A stretch of DNA of 64,000 nucleotides from Zygnema circumcarinatum SAG 698-1b (lineage: Eukaryota > Plantae > Zygnematophyceae): positions 945,873 through 1,009,872 of the forward strand of contig CM074816.1 in assembly GCA_037447605.1 (NCBI GenBank). Direction: 5' to 3'. A model generated the notes under the pieces. The model did no database searches. It saw nothing but the letters and a program-made list of their open reading frames with translations, and had not been told where the DNA came from. Position numbers and translations under genes: made by a program. Below are positions 30,795 through 44,249 of the stretch, piece after piece (within the stretch, counting starts at the first letter, position 1; each line of letters starts with the position of its first letter).

Positions 30795-31800
30795 GGGGGC
30801 GACTATTTACAGTGTACGTTTTCTGAATGTAGTGTACGTTTTCGGGGGGCAGCAAAAAAATCCTTTTTTTGGCTGCCCGGNNNNNNNNNNCCGGGCAGCC
30901 AAAAAAAGGATTTTTTTGCTGCCCCCCGAAAACGTACACTACATTCAGAAAACGTACACTGTAAATAGTCGCCCCCTTAAAGAATAGATACAGACTTTTT
31001 TTCGTAGGGTGTACGGATGATGGTTTGAATGTACGAAGCGCGCGCGTCTACAAAGTATAATGGCGCAACACGTGGAGCGACATGATTGGTCGTGGAAACA
31101 TGACGTGACAAATATGTTTTGGACCATGATGTGACAAAACTAGACGCGAAAAAAGTGGAGTCCGCGAACGGCAATCGGAAATGGCGGGAAAAGAAATTGA
31201 TAAACCTTAAAATCCCAGTAGGGTTTGTCAATTTTATTTCTGCCAGGTTTAGAGCCTTTCTATACTCCCCACCTCAATCACAGTTGAACACCACCCGTTT
31301 CTTCGCACTACTCTTGATGGCAAGGACAACTCCTTCCTTTATATACCTCTTCCTGACATCTTCGATCAACTCCTCCCGCGTAACGAACTCCATCTCCTGC
31401 TGCCTTGCGCGAACTCAACAAAGGAGGTGCGGCAGACGCAGTCAAAAACCCTAAAATGGGTTTTTAGAGTTTGTCAAATTTTTTTGCCGCCATTTCCGAC
31501 TGCCGTCTGCGGACTCCATTTTTTTTCGCGTCTCATTTTGTCACGTCACGGCCCCAAACATACTTGTCACGTCATATGTTGCCGCGACCAATCATGTCGC
31601 TCCACGTGTTATGCCCTTATACTTTGTAGACGCGCGCGCTTCGTACATTCAAATCACTATCCGTACACCCGACGAAAAAAGGTCTGTATCTATTCTACAA
31701 AAGTATGAAACAACATTTTTCGCTAAAAAAGCCTTATGAAAAAGTTGCCCGGCGAATAAGTCACTGTTGTCAGAAAAAAGGTGACTGTAAATAGTACTTT
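30795..31800. mobile_element. Second foldback-2 element, downstream of the gene
   Basis: Arms about 30980-31200 and 31480-31695 match 13280-13500 and 13560-13770. It ends with the same ...aagtcactg...ggtgactgtaaatag tail as 13880-13980. Confidence 0.85.
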
Positions 31801-31982
31801 CCTTTACACGTCTGCCGCCCGTCCGTACTCGTCCTCCACGTTGCAAACCCTGACTAGGGATGGCCCGCGTTATAAAGTCCGACTATATTATATACTTTAC
31901 AACGGGTTTAAAAGTAGTGATATACTACAAAGTAAAACACTTTATTACATATATTATACCCACTCGTTTTGAACAATCCACG

Positions 31983-34900
31983 TGTTAGTGTATGATAGTT
32001 AGCATGTTTTGTTGGAACATTAGTTTTGTGTGTTTGTGTTGTGTGTTTCCTTGGCGGCGGTGCGCGCTTAAGTTAGTAGGCGGCGGTACGGACATTTGGT
32101 CGGTGGAAGAGGCGCGGCGCGGCGGAGTCAGAAGTGACGAGGCGCGACGCGACGAATCGAAAAGTGACGTGGNNNNNNNNNNACCATCAAATTCGAGCTC
32201 TACGATGAGCTGATGCAAATGAAGATGGCCCAGACCGAGGAGTTGACCACATACGTGATACGCTTTGACGAACTGATGGCGAAATTCGTTATCGCTAGGC
32301 AGCCTATCGTCAAGGATCATCAGATTGTGAGCTTCCTCCGAGGTTTGCCGAGCCGGTTTGCACCAACTATCAACTCCCTGAAAACCCTGCTCGTCAAAAA
32401 TACGCTTACTCTTGAGGAAGTGATAATGCGAGTGAGAGCGGAGGAGAGCACGATCAAAGGGACGAAGAGGTCCACCTCGGAGGACGTGATGGCGATCGAC
32501 CAGCGGAGACCTCAGAAGAACAGTGGAGCGCCGGCACGACTTTGCAACTTTTGCAAACGCAAAGGTCACCTTGAAGCCGAATGTCGAACCAAGAAGGCTG
32601 CCCAGGGCAACGTACCGACCCCGAGCGCACCCAAGAAGGACGGCAAAGGCAAAGGCAAGGAGATCATCTGCTACAAGTGCGAACAGCCGGGACACATGGC
32701 GCGGAACTGCACGGCAGATGTAGCCGCCCAGATGAGCGCGAGTCTGTCGGCTAGTGAAGCAAAGCACGCAGCATTTGTAAATCAAATTTCAGTTAATGAA
32801 ATTGACTATTCTGATTATCTGCCGTGGCTTATAGACTCAGGTGCTTCTAAGCACATGTGCAGCGACAAGTCTCTATTTTCTCACATGCAGATGCTGGATG
32901 AGTCACGAGCGGTGACGTCAGCCACGGGAGACCAGATCGCTGTTACACAAGGAGGTGTAGTCCAGCTGTCACCACGCGGTGAAGGAACAGCTTCCCAAAT
33001 CAGGATTGGTAGCGTATTGCACACCCCAACCCTTAGAAATAACTTCTTTTCGGTTAGTCAGATCTGCGGGAGCGGATATGAGGGGATATTTAGGCAGAAT
33101 ACCTGCAAAATAGTGCATAGAAAAACCAAAAATCCTGTGTCGAGGGACCCGCGGGGAGGGCTCTACTACCTAGACTGGAAACCGGTAAAACGGGAATTGA
33201 TACAGCATCGGCGAAATTTGAAAAGCGGCAAAGCGCAATGGGAAGTCTCGGTGGCGCTTCGATATGCGCCCGAACTCTCAGCTACGTGACGGTTGGCTAC
33301 TTGGCGAGGATTGACCCTGTATCTGAGGAGGCGATTCGCGACAATGGCGAAATCCCGAACCCGTGCACTCCGCAGTCGTCGGCGACCATGGGCGACCCAC
33401 AAAGGCGGCCATTTCGACGGCGAAGTTCGGCAGGGAACTTGCGGCTCCCGAAACCAGCGTCACCGACAAAGTGAGTGACGAGAACACCAGCTAGCTATGC
33501 GGACTGATGCTCTGGCGAAGGCGGCTAAGTCGGGGCCCCAATTTTAGGTGCGGCCCGCACCTTTACGCCGTGATACTGACAAATGCGGCCGAATGTTGAC
33601 CCACGGTAGCGAATTCTTCAGTAAAGAGTCGGCATTCAATGGGGACTTCGAGTCCGTACCATAGCGGCCTGCGATTCAGCCAGCGTGGCACCGTCGGCTT
33701 GGGCGCACGTAAATGCCGGTGGTTTGGAGACCGCCAGGCCTGAGCCTGCGTCAGGGTTTTCCCCTCACGGCAGCTCGAAAGCGGAGAATGCGCCCCTAGC
33801 AGCGGTAAGGCAAGACCCATGTCGTCACCCCTTCACGACCCACGGCGCGGAGACGTTCCGCGCAACACGGAGGTTGGAGCTCGTTCACAGCGACATCTGT
33901 GGACCGATCACTCCAGAGACGAAGGGAGGATCGAGGTACTTCATCACATTCCTTGATGACTACTCAAGGAAGATCTGGGTTGCGCTATTGAAGCACAAGA
34001 GCGAAGCATTCAACACCTTTCGTACTTGGCAGACAGAGGTAGAAAGGCAGTCCGGCGGAAGGATTCGAGAGATTGGGGCCGGATAATGGGGAGAATATAA
34101 ATCCTCCAATTCTACGAATATCTCAAGTCCCTTGGGATCCCGACAGTTCACGGCCACGTCACGACCTGAACGAGGAGGCGGCGGAAGGAAATTGAACCGT
34201 GCCACCGGCATGACCGCGGTCGATGTTAGTGAGTCACCGCCTACTCTTTAAATTTTGGGGAGAAGCCGTCCTCCGCGGCTGACCTATATCGAACGGTCTC
34301 CCTCCGGCGCCACGAAGGATCACCGGGGAAAGTACGGAGGAGATGTGTGGAGTGGGAGAAGCCAGCGATTGAAAACTGACTACAGTATTAATTTCCAGCC
34401 CATCTTTGGATAGCGATTCAAAACAAGCGACAGCGGATTCGGCCGAGAGGAGAAATTCGGCTACTTCACTTGGCTACAACGCCGGCGGTTTGACTTATCG
34501 CATCACGGAATCCGTCCCACGAGAGAAGGTCTGGCAATGCGACCTTACATGAGAAACCCGCAAAGGAGGCAGCGGCCTTGTAGCGGTTCGAGTGGAGCGG
34601 CTCCGACCATAGAATTTCTCCCGGTGAGGAAGTATTCACGGGAAGTGAGACTACCCCTTGGCGTCCTTCCCTGCCGATAGCGGACCCAAGAAACCCGCCG
34701 GTGTCGCCATATGGAGAAGGCCTTTCGGGGAGGAAGCGCCGAATCGGCATTCCCGGAACGGCCGGAGCAACGTCGATCTTGACAGCGATCAAGACATCGC
34801 GAAGATGGCGGAGGAGCACTCCCTCTGCGCGAGTACGAAAAACCCAAATGGTACATGGCGTAGGATAGACCCACCCACAGCCATGCCAGCAGCGAAGGGT

Positions 34901-37900
34901 TTTAAGCCCCGACTACGAGGACAAAACCACCTTAGGCCGGGAACAAGCACGTAAAATCACGGGGATTCCCGGTCCAAAGGAACCCATGGACTCAGAGGGG
35001 GAAGAGGCCGAGGGGTAACCCAGAAAAGGTACCCCTTGACTCAGCCGACTTCACAGGAATGGCACTTTGCCTTATGGCACATTTCGAGGAGCCGCCTACC
35101 TATTCCGACGCATTGGATGGAGCGGACGCAGCGAAGTGGAGAGTCGCCATAGATAGCGAGCTGAATAGTCTTAAGGAGAATGGGACATGGCGGTGAAGGC
35201 CCCGGGGGCGCAAAGGCGATGTTGCAGTGGGTGTTTAAAGTCAGCGAATCGAGATGGGGTGTAGATAGGTTCAAGGCACGGCTAGTGGCGAAAGGTTTCG
35301 CGCAGAAATTCGGAATTGATTATTCTGAAACCTTTGCACCCGTAGTCAAGTTCAACTCACTGCGCGCATTGATTTCGATCGCGGCGGACGAAGGGATGCA
35401 CGTCCGTAAATTTGGACATCAAAGCGGCATTTCTTTGGAGATCTTTCGAGGAGAGATCTACATGCGGCAACCGAGGAGGGCGGTTGAACGGGAAGCGAGA
35501 AGCGCCTCGTCTGCCGGACTTGTCAAGAGCCTATCACGGTGAAACAAGCGCCGAGAATTTGGTACCAGAAAATCCACGAACTGCTCATCAAGAATGGCTT
35601 CACGCGCTTCAACGCCGACCACTCGGTGTACACGCAAGGGGAGGGAGACGCACAGATGTTCGTAGGTATCTACGTAGATGACCTCATCATTGTGAGTTCC
35701 TCCATGAAGAGCATTCAGGGTCTCAAGGACCTTCTAAAGCAGAATTTTCAGATGTCAGATCTCAGCCCTGCGGAATACCTTCTCGGCATCCAGCTTAAGA
35801 GGGGGAGAGACGGAAGCTTGTTCCTCTGCCAGGAGAAGTACGCCAAGGAAGTCTTGGCGAAGTTCAACATGGACAAATGTTCACCATGCTCCACTCCCAT
35901 GGACGGCAGCGCGGAGCTCAGCCGGGACATGAGCCCTCAGACGGAGGCGGAGGCGCGGGAGATGGCGAGTACTCCGTGCAGGTCTGCCATCGGCAGCCTA
36001 ATGTACCTTATGGTGGGAACGCGCCCGGATCTGGCGAAAGCAGTCAGTACGACTTCCAGGTACATGGAGAATCCAGGGGCTAAGCATTGGGAGGCAGTCA
36101 AGAGAATCTTTCGATATCTAAAAGGGCGTCCATTTATGGACTATGATTCGAGAAGCCTTGGCGGTTCAGCTATTCGGATACCGCGGATCTTGAGATTAAG
36201 GGAGAGATCCGAGATCACGGCAAAAAGTCCGCCGGGATCTGCCCAGCGTATCGAGCAGCGGGAGAGTCATCTACGTGGAGTTCAAATTACGAGATCTTGA
36301 TGCGGCTCACATGTCGAATACGAAGCGAGAATACGGCAAGCGCATGTCTGCAATTTGCGGAAAGCGGTCACAGGCGGCATTATTCTTCGAGGTGTGAAGA
36401 CCGCGATTCCCTTACACATATCTTTGGCGGACAACAATCCTCCATGTGGCTGTCGAGAATCCCGTATTTCATAGGCGAAGCAAACATATTAAGATCCAGC
36501 ACCACTATACGCGAGATCTAGTGGAGGCGGGCGAGATCGCGGTGTCTTTTGTGAAGACCAAAGATATGGCCGCAGATATGTTGACCAAGGGGGTCAACGG
36601 ACCAATCATGTGGAGGAACATCGTCCTCTGAATCTCGGTCCATTTAGAGCCTAGACCCCAAGAGGGGGAATGTTGTACGGGACTAGAGGCCGTACAACGT
36701 TTGGCGTATAGTCTCTAGCGGATAATGAACTAGGCCTTAAACATGGCGACAAAGGTTAGTGCGGCGACTAATGTGGCAGCGATAAGTTACGGGACCGTAA
36801 CGTGACGCTTAAAGATCGAATTATCGGCGGCGGCCTTAGCGGCGGCTTGATAAATCGCCCGGGCGACACTACGGTCGCCTGAGAGCCTTGGCGCCATGCT
36901 GAAGGCAATAGAATCCGGAAGATGTCTGCCGGACCTTGAGGGCGAAAGGGAAGCGTAGCGAGCACGCAGCTAAGAGATTCCGGGAAGCTATGCGGTGGCG
37001 AACCCTGTCTTCGAGGGCCGAACTCGGCGATGTAAACTATGGAGGGTAGGTCCCTTGAGGCAGTAGCTTTCTTGAGCATACGGTAGGCTGTTGAAACCGG
37101 TAGGCTACTTGGGGCTACGCATCACCACCAGGGCCAGGCGTGACACGGCCCGGTCCTGAGAACCCAGTATCACATGGCTTGATAAATAGGAAGTATATAG
37201 AGGGCAGCATTCCTCAGAGTTAATAACCTTATACCACATGCCAATGGGNNNNNNNNNNGGTCCACAGGACGCTGTCACGTAGCTTAGTCGTAGGAAGTAT
37301 ATAGAGGGCAGCATTCCTCAGAGTTAATAACCTTATACCACATGCCAATGGGGGTGTGTAGCGAGCTGAGGCCGAACCTGTAGTTAAGGAAAGGAGTAGT
37401 GCTGCCAGTCTTCGGAAAGAGGAAGTGGGGTAGTGCAAGCTGCATTAAGAAGCCAGGGGCTGCTTGAATCTGTTGTACTTCACCTCCAAAGAAAATCAGA
37501 GTTTTATGCCCGGTGGGGCTTTCTCTATCTTGACGTCTCTTGTCTTGCATCTGTCTTGAGCTTTCCTTTCGCGAACAGCTGCTGCGAAGATGTCTACGAC
37601 TCAAGAGCCGAGTGGAGGCGACTCTATCGAGGGTGGTTCCACCATGGAATTACCAACACATTCCGTGTACCGTCAAGGAGAGGGGGCGGACATCATGTTC
37701 GTCGGGATCTACGTTGATGATCTCATAATGGTGAGCCTCTCGCTTGAAAGAATCAGTTCCTTGAAAGAGTTGCTTCAAGCGAACTTCAAGATGTCAGATT
37801 TGGGGGAGGCGCAGTATCTGCTTGGGATGCAGCTGAAGAGGGGGCAAGATGGCAGCTTATTCTTGTGTCAGAAGAAGTATGCATCGGATGTTCTTGCCCG

Positions 37901-39615
37901 GTTCCACATGGAAGATTCTAGGCCATGCTCCAGCCCGATGGAGATAGGCACTAGATTGTCGAGGGAGATGTCACCTTCGAGTGCAGCAGAGGCACAGAAG
38001 ATGTTCGGAGTGCCTTACAAGTCTGCAATTGGGAGTCTGATGTACCTGATGATTGGAACGCGTCCGGACCTGGCGAAAGCAGNNNNNNNNNNATATTCAG
38101 ATATGTGAGAGGGATGCTTGATTATGGGATCAGGTACGAGAGGGGGCCAACCAGGGTGATTGGCTATACAGACTCAGATTGGGGTGGTGATGTAGATACA
38201 TCGCGCTCGACTTCAGGTTTCATTTACCTGTATGGAGGTGGAGCGATTTCGTGGAGCTCCAAGTTGCAGGACTCGGTAGCGTTATCGAGTACAGAAGGCG
38301 AGTACATGGGTGCTTGTCATGCTGCAAAGGAGGGCGTGTGGTTTCAGCAGTTCTTTGATGAATGCAAGAGAGAACAACGCCCGATTACCTTGTTCACCGA
38401 TAATCAATCATCGATTGCCCTGGTGGGAAACCCGGTGTTTCACAAGCGGACCAAGCACATCAGAGTGCAGTACCATTATGTACGGGAGTTGGTCGAGGAG
38501 GGTTTGATCGATGTGAAGTTCGTAGGCACGAAGGAGCAAGCCGCCGATATGCTGACGAAAGGAGTTAGCGGAGAAACCCTGCTGGTGAATGGCAGGTTGG
38601 TTGGGCTGGGGCCCATGCAAAACTAAAGTCCCAAAGAGGGGGATTGTTAGTGTATAGTAGTTAGTCACTAGACAAGTTGTTGTTGGGACATTAGTTTTGT
38701 GTGCGTGTGTTGTGTGTGGCCTTGTCGGCGATGTGCGCCTAGACCGACAGGCGGCTGTAAGTACTTTGGTCGGTGAGGCCGCGCGCCCGGAGTGACAAGT
38801 GACGAGGCGCGACCGCGACGATTCGAAATGTGACGTGGCGCGGACGCGGCCGCGGTGCGAATCGAAGTTGTGACGTGACGCGCAAAACTGCGCGCAAATT
38901 TGAAGTGACGTGGCGCGGCGCGACCTTTGGACGCCATCTGGCACTGGGCGCGAAGTGGCGCCATTGTTGCTGCTGATCAGAGATTACGAGCTGCGCCATT
39001 GCTTTGTGGTCAGACGGACTTGCACCGACGCGCGATCGTCATCTGGAGGCAAGGTCAGATCCTACGGCGCAAGACGTGGATCGAATGGAAGGCTGAGTCG
39101 GATCCGACGGAAGTAAAGGGCGCATCCGTGTGAGCTCACGAGGATCCAGCGCGCAGGATTAGGATCGGGGACAAAGGCCCTTGCAGCTGCTGTCAATGTT
39201 GTGAAGCTTCGCACATGTTGTCACGTATGTAGTGACATAGTACTTAAGGATTAGCTTTTGTTATGTGAGGTAACAATTCATTCGCGGCTGTAGTGATCTC
39301 TGTTATGCTGTTCGCTAGATATAGACACTACATTACTCATGTTGTAATCATAGCTCTAAGATTTGTTGTGGCCGATTTAAAGGGGTCTCTCAATGTATGA
39401 GTGAATTCATTATTAAGGAGTTTTAGAGCCAGGAGCTTTCTGCTCTCATTTCTCTCTGTTATTCCGGCTATGCATATTTGCTGTGATTCACTGTGTGCAG
39501 TGAATGGGCTATGAGTGAATGTGAGAGTTTAAAGATGTCATGAGACCCGAGACTGGAGAATGGAACTGCGATGGAGGGGTGACCCAAATGGAGGAACGGG
39601 CGCGGCAGTGGAGGG
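31983..39615 (+). mobile_element. pol: Ty1/Copia family C copy 1: 5' LTR start 31983, RT 37659-38082, RNase H 38105-38626, PPT 38631-38643, 3' LTR from 38645
   Basis: Both LTRs start TGTTAGTGTAT. HSVY...GIYVDDLI, SDLGEAQYLLG, GYTDSDWGGD..SRSTSG, AADMLTK; PPT ccaaagagggggga. Interrupted by family D and by gaps. Confidence 0.85.
32183..37658 (+). mobile_element. gag-pol: Ty1/Copia family D copy 1 nested in the RT of C1: gag-PR-INT-RT-RH, PPT, 3' LTR 36671-37658
   Basis: ORF 32213-33289 has two CCHC knuckles (CNFCKRKGHLEAEC, CYKCEQPGHMARNC) and WLIDSGASKHMC. LELVHSDICGP..FLDDYSRK; YVDDL at 35539-36300. LTR TGTTGTAC...ACCAACA, after which host RT resumes at HSVY. Confidence 0.9.
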
Positions 39616-39619
39616 CTCC

Positions 39620-40267
39620 TGGCGGGGCTGGACACCCGTGGGGGGCCACCACGTGAGTCTCTATGGGCCCCACATCAGCCGTTAGCGTCCCCTCCGCTCG
39701 CATGAGGGCGATTGGGGATTGACGGCACCACGGAGCCGGTCTGGTCCCGCGATGGATCTGAGGGCCGCGGGCCCGGGTCCCCTTTTGGATCCGGCGGTGG
39801 TCCGGCTCAGTCGGGTTCCCGTCATACGTCGGGCGGGCTATCGGCCCTCGCTGCGCGCGTGAGTCCGACGTGCTCGACAGCGGCGACACACGCGTCGCCG
39901 GCGCGGGGCGCGCGGAGGCACGGTGAGCGTCGTGGTTGTCTCTCTCCATCGGCCATCAGAAAAGAACACATGGCAGTCTGCCACTGGACAGCCCTGCTTC
40001 CAATCCTCCATGCTGGTAGGAGGTTCGACGGGGGAAGCGTAAAGGGGCGTGGGTGACTGTCGTCACCCAACCAACGTACCGGCATACGGTTGCACGCCCA
40101 CCCCGGGCTGCTCCCCTCTCTGAAGCTCTCTCTCTCTCTCTCTTTTCTTGATTGCTCAGCTGAGTGCAGTTTGAGTGTTATTCCACGTACGGCTAAAGAG
40201 GCAGTTTTCAGCCGTGACACGTGAGGAGGACAGCAAGTACGTGACAGAGGGAGACTTTATATGGGCA
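39620..40267 (+). mobile_element. Family B LTR-like copy at the end of the C1 3' LTR
   Basis: ctctatgggccccac, cagccctgcttccaatcct, ggggaagcgtaaaggg, tctgaagctctctctctct shared with 6394-7181. Ends approximate. Confidence 0.65.
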
Positions 40268-40728
40268 CCCTTCGCTTTTCTGCATAACCTGTCGCTCATG
40301 CAGGCTAGCGCGCACGCAGTCGGATGTGTCTGCTTTTGCGACTGCCACTGTCTCGAGGGTGAGTTTTGGATGATTCGTCATGGAAGCGCTCACACTATTG
40401 CGGTCCATGCTATAAAATTGGCTAATTTGTAGTCAAAAAGTGATCGACGGTTTGGAATTCAGCTTGAAGCGACGCTTGAGGTGCCTCCGATTGAGCAGTG
40501 ACAAAGCATTCCGGTATAGGATTCTCGACAATGTGAAGGAACATCGTGTAAAGATTCCATAGGTGTCACGGGAAACAATCAAGGATCCAATGTGTTATAC
40601 ATTTGATGGCCTCGCCATCACAAGATCAATGCCACTTCCTCCACTAGTTGTTGGTACCAAGTTCTAAGGGGGGTGCTCATAATGGTCCCAATGTATGAGA
40701 GCACATGTTAGAGACCGCACTGGTCAAT

Positions 40729-41040
40729 GGGGGTACTGTACGGAGTGGCGCGTGGCGATACAGTACCCCCCCCCCAATATGTTTGCCATGGTTTTGGCCG
40801 AGATTGGACGAAAATCTTCGGGTTGGAAAGTAGAAGGAAGTCTGTGTTGACATTAGGCCCCGGGGGTACTATGTTCGAGTTACAATACCCCCCCCTAATA
40901 GGGGGAGTCAGACCTTGACCATCGCTCACGAAATTCCTGAATTCATAAGACTAAAAGTCACTTTTTTTGTGTAAGAATTATGATTCGGGATCCGTGGCTC
41001 CGCCGAGCCAAGCCGTACCGAAATGTGTACCAGCCAATGC
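40729..41040. mobile_element. Small GGGGGTAC...TACCCCC element (40729-40896) abutting a truncated AGGG MITE (from 40900)
   Basis: aat|gggggtactgta..tacagtaccccc...tacccccccct|aat|AGGGGGAGTCAGACCTTGACCATCG. Confidence 0.65.
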
Positions 41041-41237
41041 TTAATGGGTAACTCTACTGCACCCCCGCGTTTTGTCTTTCGCACCCCCGTTTTGAAAATT
41101 TTGCCTGCCCGTTTTGGTTACCCCCCAGTTTTGAATATTTCGGGAAAAAATCTTTTTCCCGCCCCTTTCGTCCCCTCCGCTGCCCCCCTGGAACCATTGC
41201 GGTTGCAAAACCTTCATCCGGTTATGANNNNNNNNNN

Positions 41238-43700
41238 CCTCCTTCTCTGTCCTGGGCGTCATCGCACGTGTGAGGTGGATGGAGGGGTCCATGGGACTGG
41301 TAACAGGCCTGGAGTCCTGCATCCCGAACTTCAGGAGGATGTCCTTCGCGTATTTCTCCTGCGAGAGAAATAGGCTCCCCTCCTGCCCCCTCTTGAGCTG
41401 GATCCCCAACAAATACTCTGCCTCTCCTAAGTCTGACATCTGGAAGTTAGACTTGAGAAGGTCCTTGAGGTTCTGAATTCTGGTCATGGAGGGGCTGATG
41501 ATGATGAGGTCGTCCACGTATATCCCCACGTACATCACATTCGCCCCCTCTCCTTTCATATAAACTGAATGGTTAGTCTCAAACCTTGCAAATCCATTCT
41601 GTTGCAAAAGGTTATTTATCTTCACACACCAGATCCTTGGGGTCCTCTTGAGCTGATGAACATTCATATTCTCAGTAGCAGCTATGCAAAGCAAAGATCG
41701 CAATGCATTGAGTTTCACTATGGTGGAGTCAACTAGATCGTTCGGCGTCCTCCATCTTACTCCTCTCAAGTCCCCACTGGATTTACCGTAGAGAGCAGGG
41801 CAAAATCCTGTTCGTCATTGTCCAACAAGACTCTGTCCCAGTTTCCGTTTGCATACCACATCCTCATATGCGGCCAGCAAGGCAAGTGGAGTACGCGGAC
41901 AGGTCGGCCTCGCACTGGCGATGTGGCGGCGGGTTCAGCGAGCTCAAACACGATCAGCGGTTCGGATGGCGGCCGAAATGACGGTGGCGGCTCCTCGAAT
42001 GGAACTCCATCCTGCGCATCCAAACGGCGCGAATTCCGCTGCTCTGTCCGCGTCCGCGTGAGGTGTAGATCCGTGTGATCCAGCGAGGTAGCCTCGGTGC
42101 GGCTCATTTCCACGTGGATTCCGAAGTAAGCACTCCTCCTGGGATCGAAGCGAATCTCCGTCCGCTTCATAAAATTTTCGAGAGTGGTCCTTGGCCCAAT
42201 TTCCTCCTCAAACTCTTGTCATCCTGCGTTGGATACTCACATGCGACAAGGTCTGCGCTCCTCTCGAGCGCCCAGCCGGCTGCTGCGAAGGAGGCTTCTT
42301 CGAGCATCAAGCTGGAAAACACAAGAGTGACGAGTGGTGGGGTGGGGCCACAGTTTCACCGGACTAATCCCAAAACTCTGCTTTCGTTCAGAAACCACCT
42401 CCCGTGCACCCAACATGGTGACTTTTTGGCAGGTAGGCTGCCTTGGCAAGCCGGACTTGTGTCCCTTGCATGATTGTATACCGCGTCCTAGAAAGGTAGA
42501 CCTCTCTCTGGTCTCTTAAGTCCTTTCGAAGGAAGCTCTTCTGACTGCTTTCGGTTTGTCCTTGTTCGGAGCCTTGATCCGTTGAAATGGCGGGCTTCCA
42601 TAGGTAAAGTACGTGGGGCTCTTCTGTCCCCGGTCGTTCTTCCCCTTCTCCCTTCCAAAATTCTTCGAACGAATTAGAAGGACATTATCAGCGCCTAACT
42701 TCTCCTTTTCTAACAGCAAGTCACACTCTCTGATCCTGCCCTTTACTTGCTCCAACGTCATAGGAAGACAAGTTAGCTGGGTTCTCAGAGATTCTACAGC
42801 TTGGGCATACTTGCTTGTTAGTCCTACCAGAAATTGATGGATCTGGCTAGGTAAGGGAATCGGCTGCTTAGCCACTACGCACTTCTGCATTAGGCTATCA
42901 AATTTGACCATGTAGTTAGTCAGGGTCTCACCCTTCTCCATTCTGAATGCACCTATTTCAGCATACAGACTAACCGGCAACCCTCCTTCTGCAACTTCAT
43001 AAACTGACTGGAGACTCTTCCACATTTCAGCAGGAGAAGACAGGTCTAGCAGCATGGCTGAAGGCGTTGCCCCTCTTGTCATGGCAATATAACCTGCTGA
43101 CCTTGTAGTTTTCTGCCGTGCCATAGGTGGTATGCCTTCTTTGCGCGCCCTGAGTCGGCGGGAAGAGGTGGTTCTTGGATGATGCTTGTCGCGAACTTGG
43201 CGATCCCTTGCTCTCAAGCAAGTACTTCATCCTCCACCTCCATTGTCTGAGAATCTGTCCCCTCGAAAATCAGGACCTTGTACACAGGCTCCTCCTCGAG
43301 GATGCTCGATACCCTTGTTGAAACTAGAGCACAGTCTCTCTCTCACTTCTTTTACTCGGACATCCTTGCAACTTGTGAACACACCCTCCCGATGCACACA
43401 CAGGAAGATAGGCTGAAAGAAAAGAACACCGAGGTAGTAAGAGGAAAGCCCCACCGGCTCAAAACTCATAAAAATAGATAAGAAGGGTTACACCACGAAA
43501 CTCAGCCCTCGGGCAGTCCTCTTGCTCCGCCCTACACACTATCTCACTGCTTTGCCCACTCTGGCGAGGCCTCACCTCCCGGCACCACAAGCGAGATGCA
43601 AGGTTCTAAGGGTTGCTAACTCTATACTCTAAGCACATTCATCTTGGCGGCCCAGAAGCACCTCCACGTTCCACCGCGTGTCACGCGTTCCACCTCCATG
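41238..43700 (-). mobile_element. gag: Internally deleted Ty1/Copia (family E): 5' LTR from 43316 leftwards boundary, PBS near 43304-43313, gag, short RT remnant
   Basis: RC ...tttcaaca-agggtatcgagc. ORF 42516-43217 (EMWKSLQSVYE...FRMEKGETLTNYMVKFDSL, UBN2-type gag). ORF 41041-41769 GIYVDDLII..MSDLGEAEYLLG. Outer LTR end not located. Confidence 0.82.
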
Positions 43701-44249
43701 TAAATGCGAGGTCGCTCCCATCATACAGAGTTAAGCTCAGCGCCTTGTGAGGAAAGGCTTCATTTCGAGGAAGGCCACCATGGGAAGAGGCGGTCCAGAT
43801 GCAAAACTCCGCCGCTCCTGCGTAGCTCCAATTATCCGTACCAAAGCTAGCTTCATGCCCAGCGCGACCTATGCGTCAGCAGCGCCACGTATCCACACAA
43901 CACTTATAAACCTAAGCGGACTCCGCGGTAAGCGCGGCCTATCGCTTGCGCCGCGCGTGTCCTATTTAAACGAAAGTCTTGGAGCTGAAACGGCGCTCTA
44001 AGCGCCTTTGTTGAGCCCAGCCAGCAAATGCTCGACCAGGACCACCCGACATGAAGCTAGGACCCGTAAAATTGTACTACGTCGTACTATACCCCTATTG
44101 TACACTACACCGCGCGCGCTTTGGACAGCGCGCGAAAGGACCGTAGGGACGCGAAACCGAAAAGTGGAATTTGCGATGGTACGGCAACTTCCGGAACTAG
44201 TGACGTGTCACAAAGTTCCGAAGCGACGCGCCGTGACATGACAAGTCGA

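Noticed and set aside
30795-30976. Perfect 86-bp inverted repeat
   Set aside because: Centred exactly on a 10-N gap with 100% identity; most likely one contig end placed twice in opposite orientation.
37188-37350. Direct repeat of about 60 bp inside the family D LTR
   Set aside because: Copies sit on either side of the gap at 37249-37258; unmerged contig overlap.
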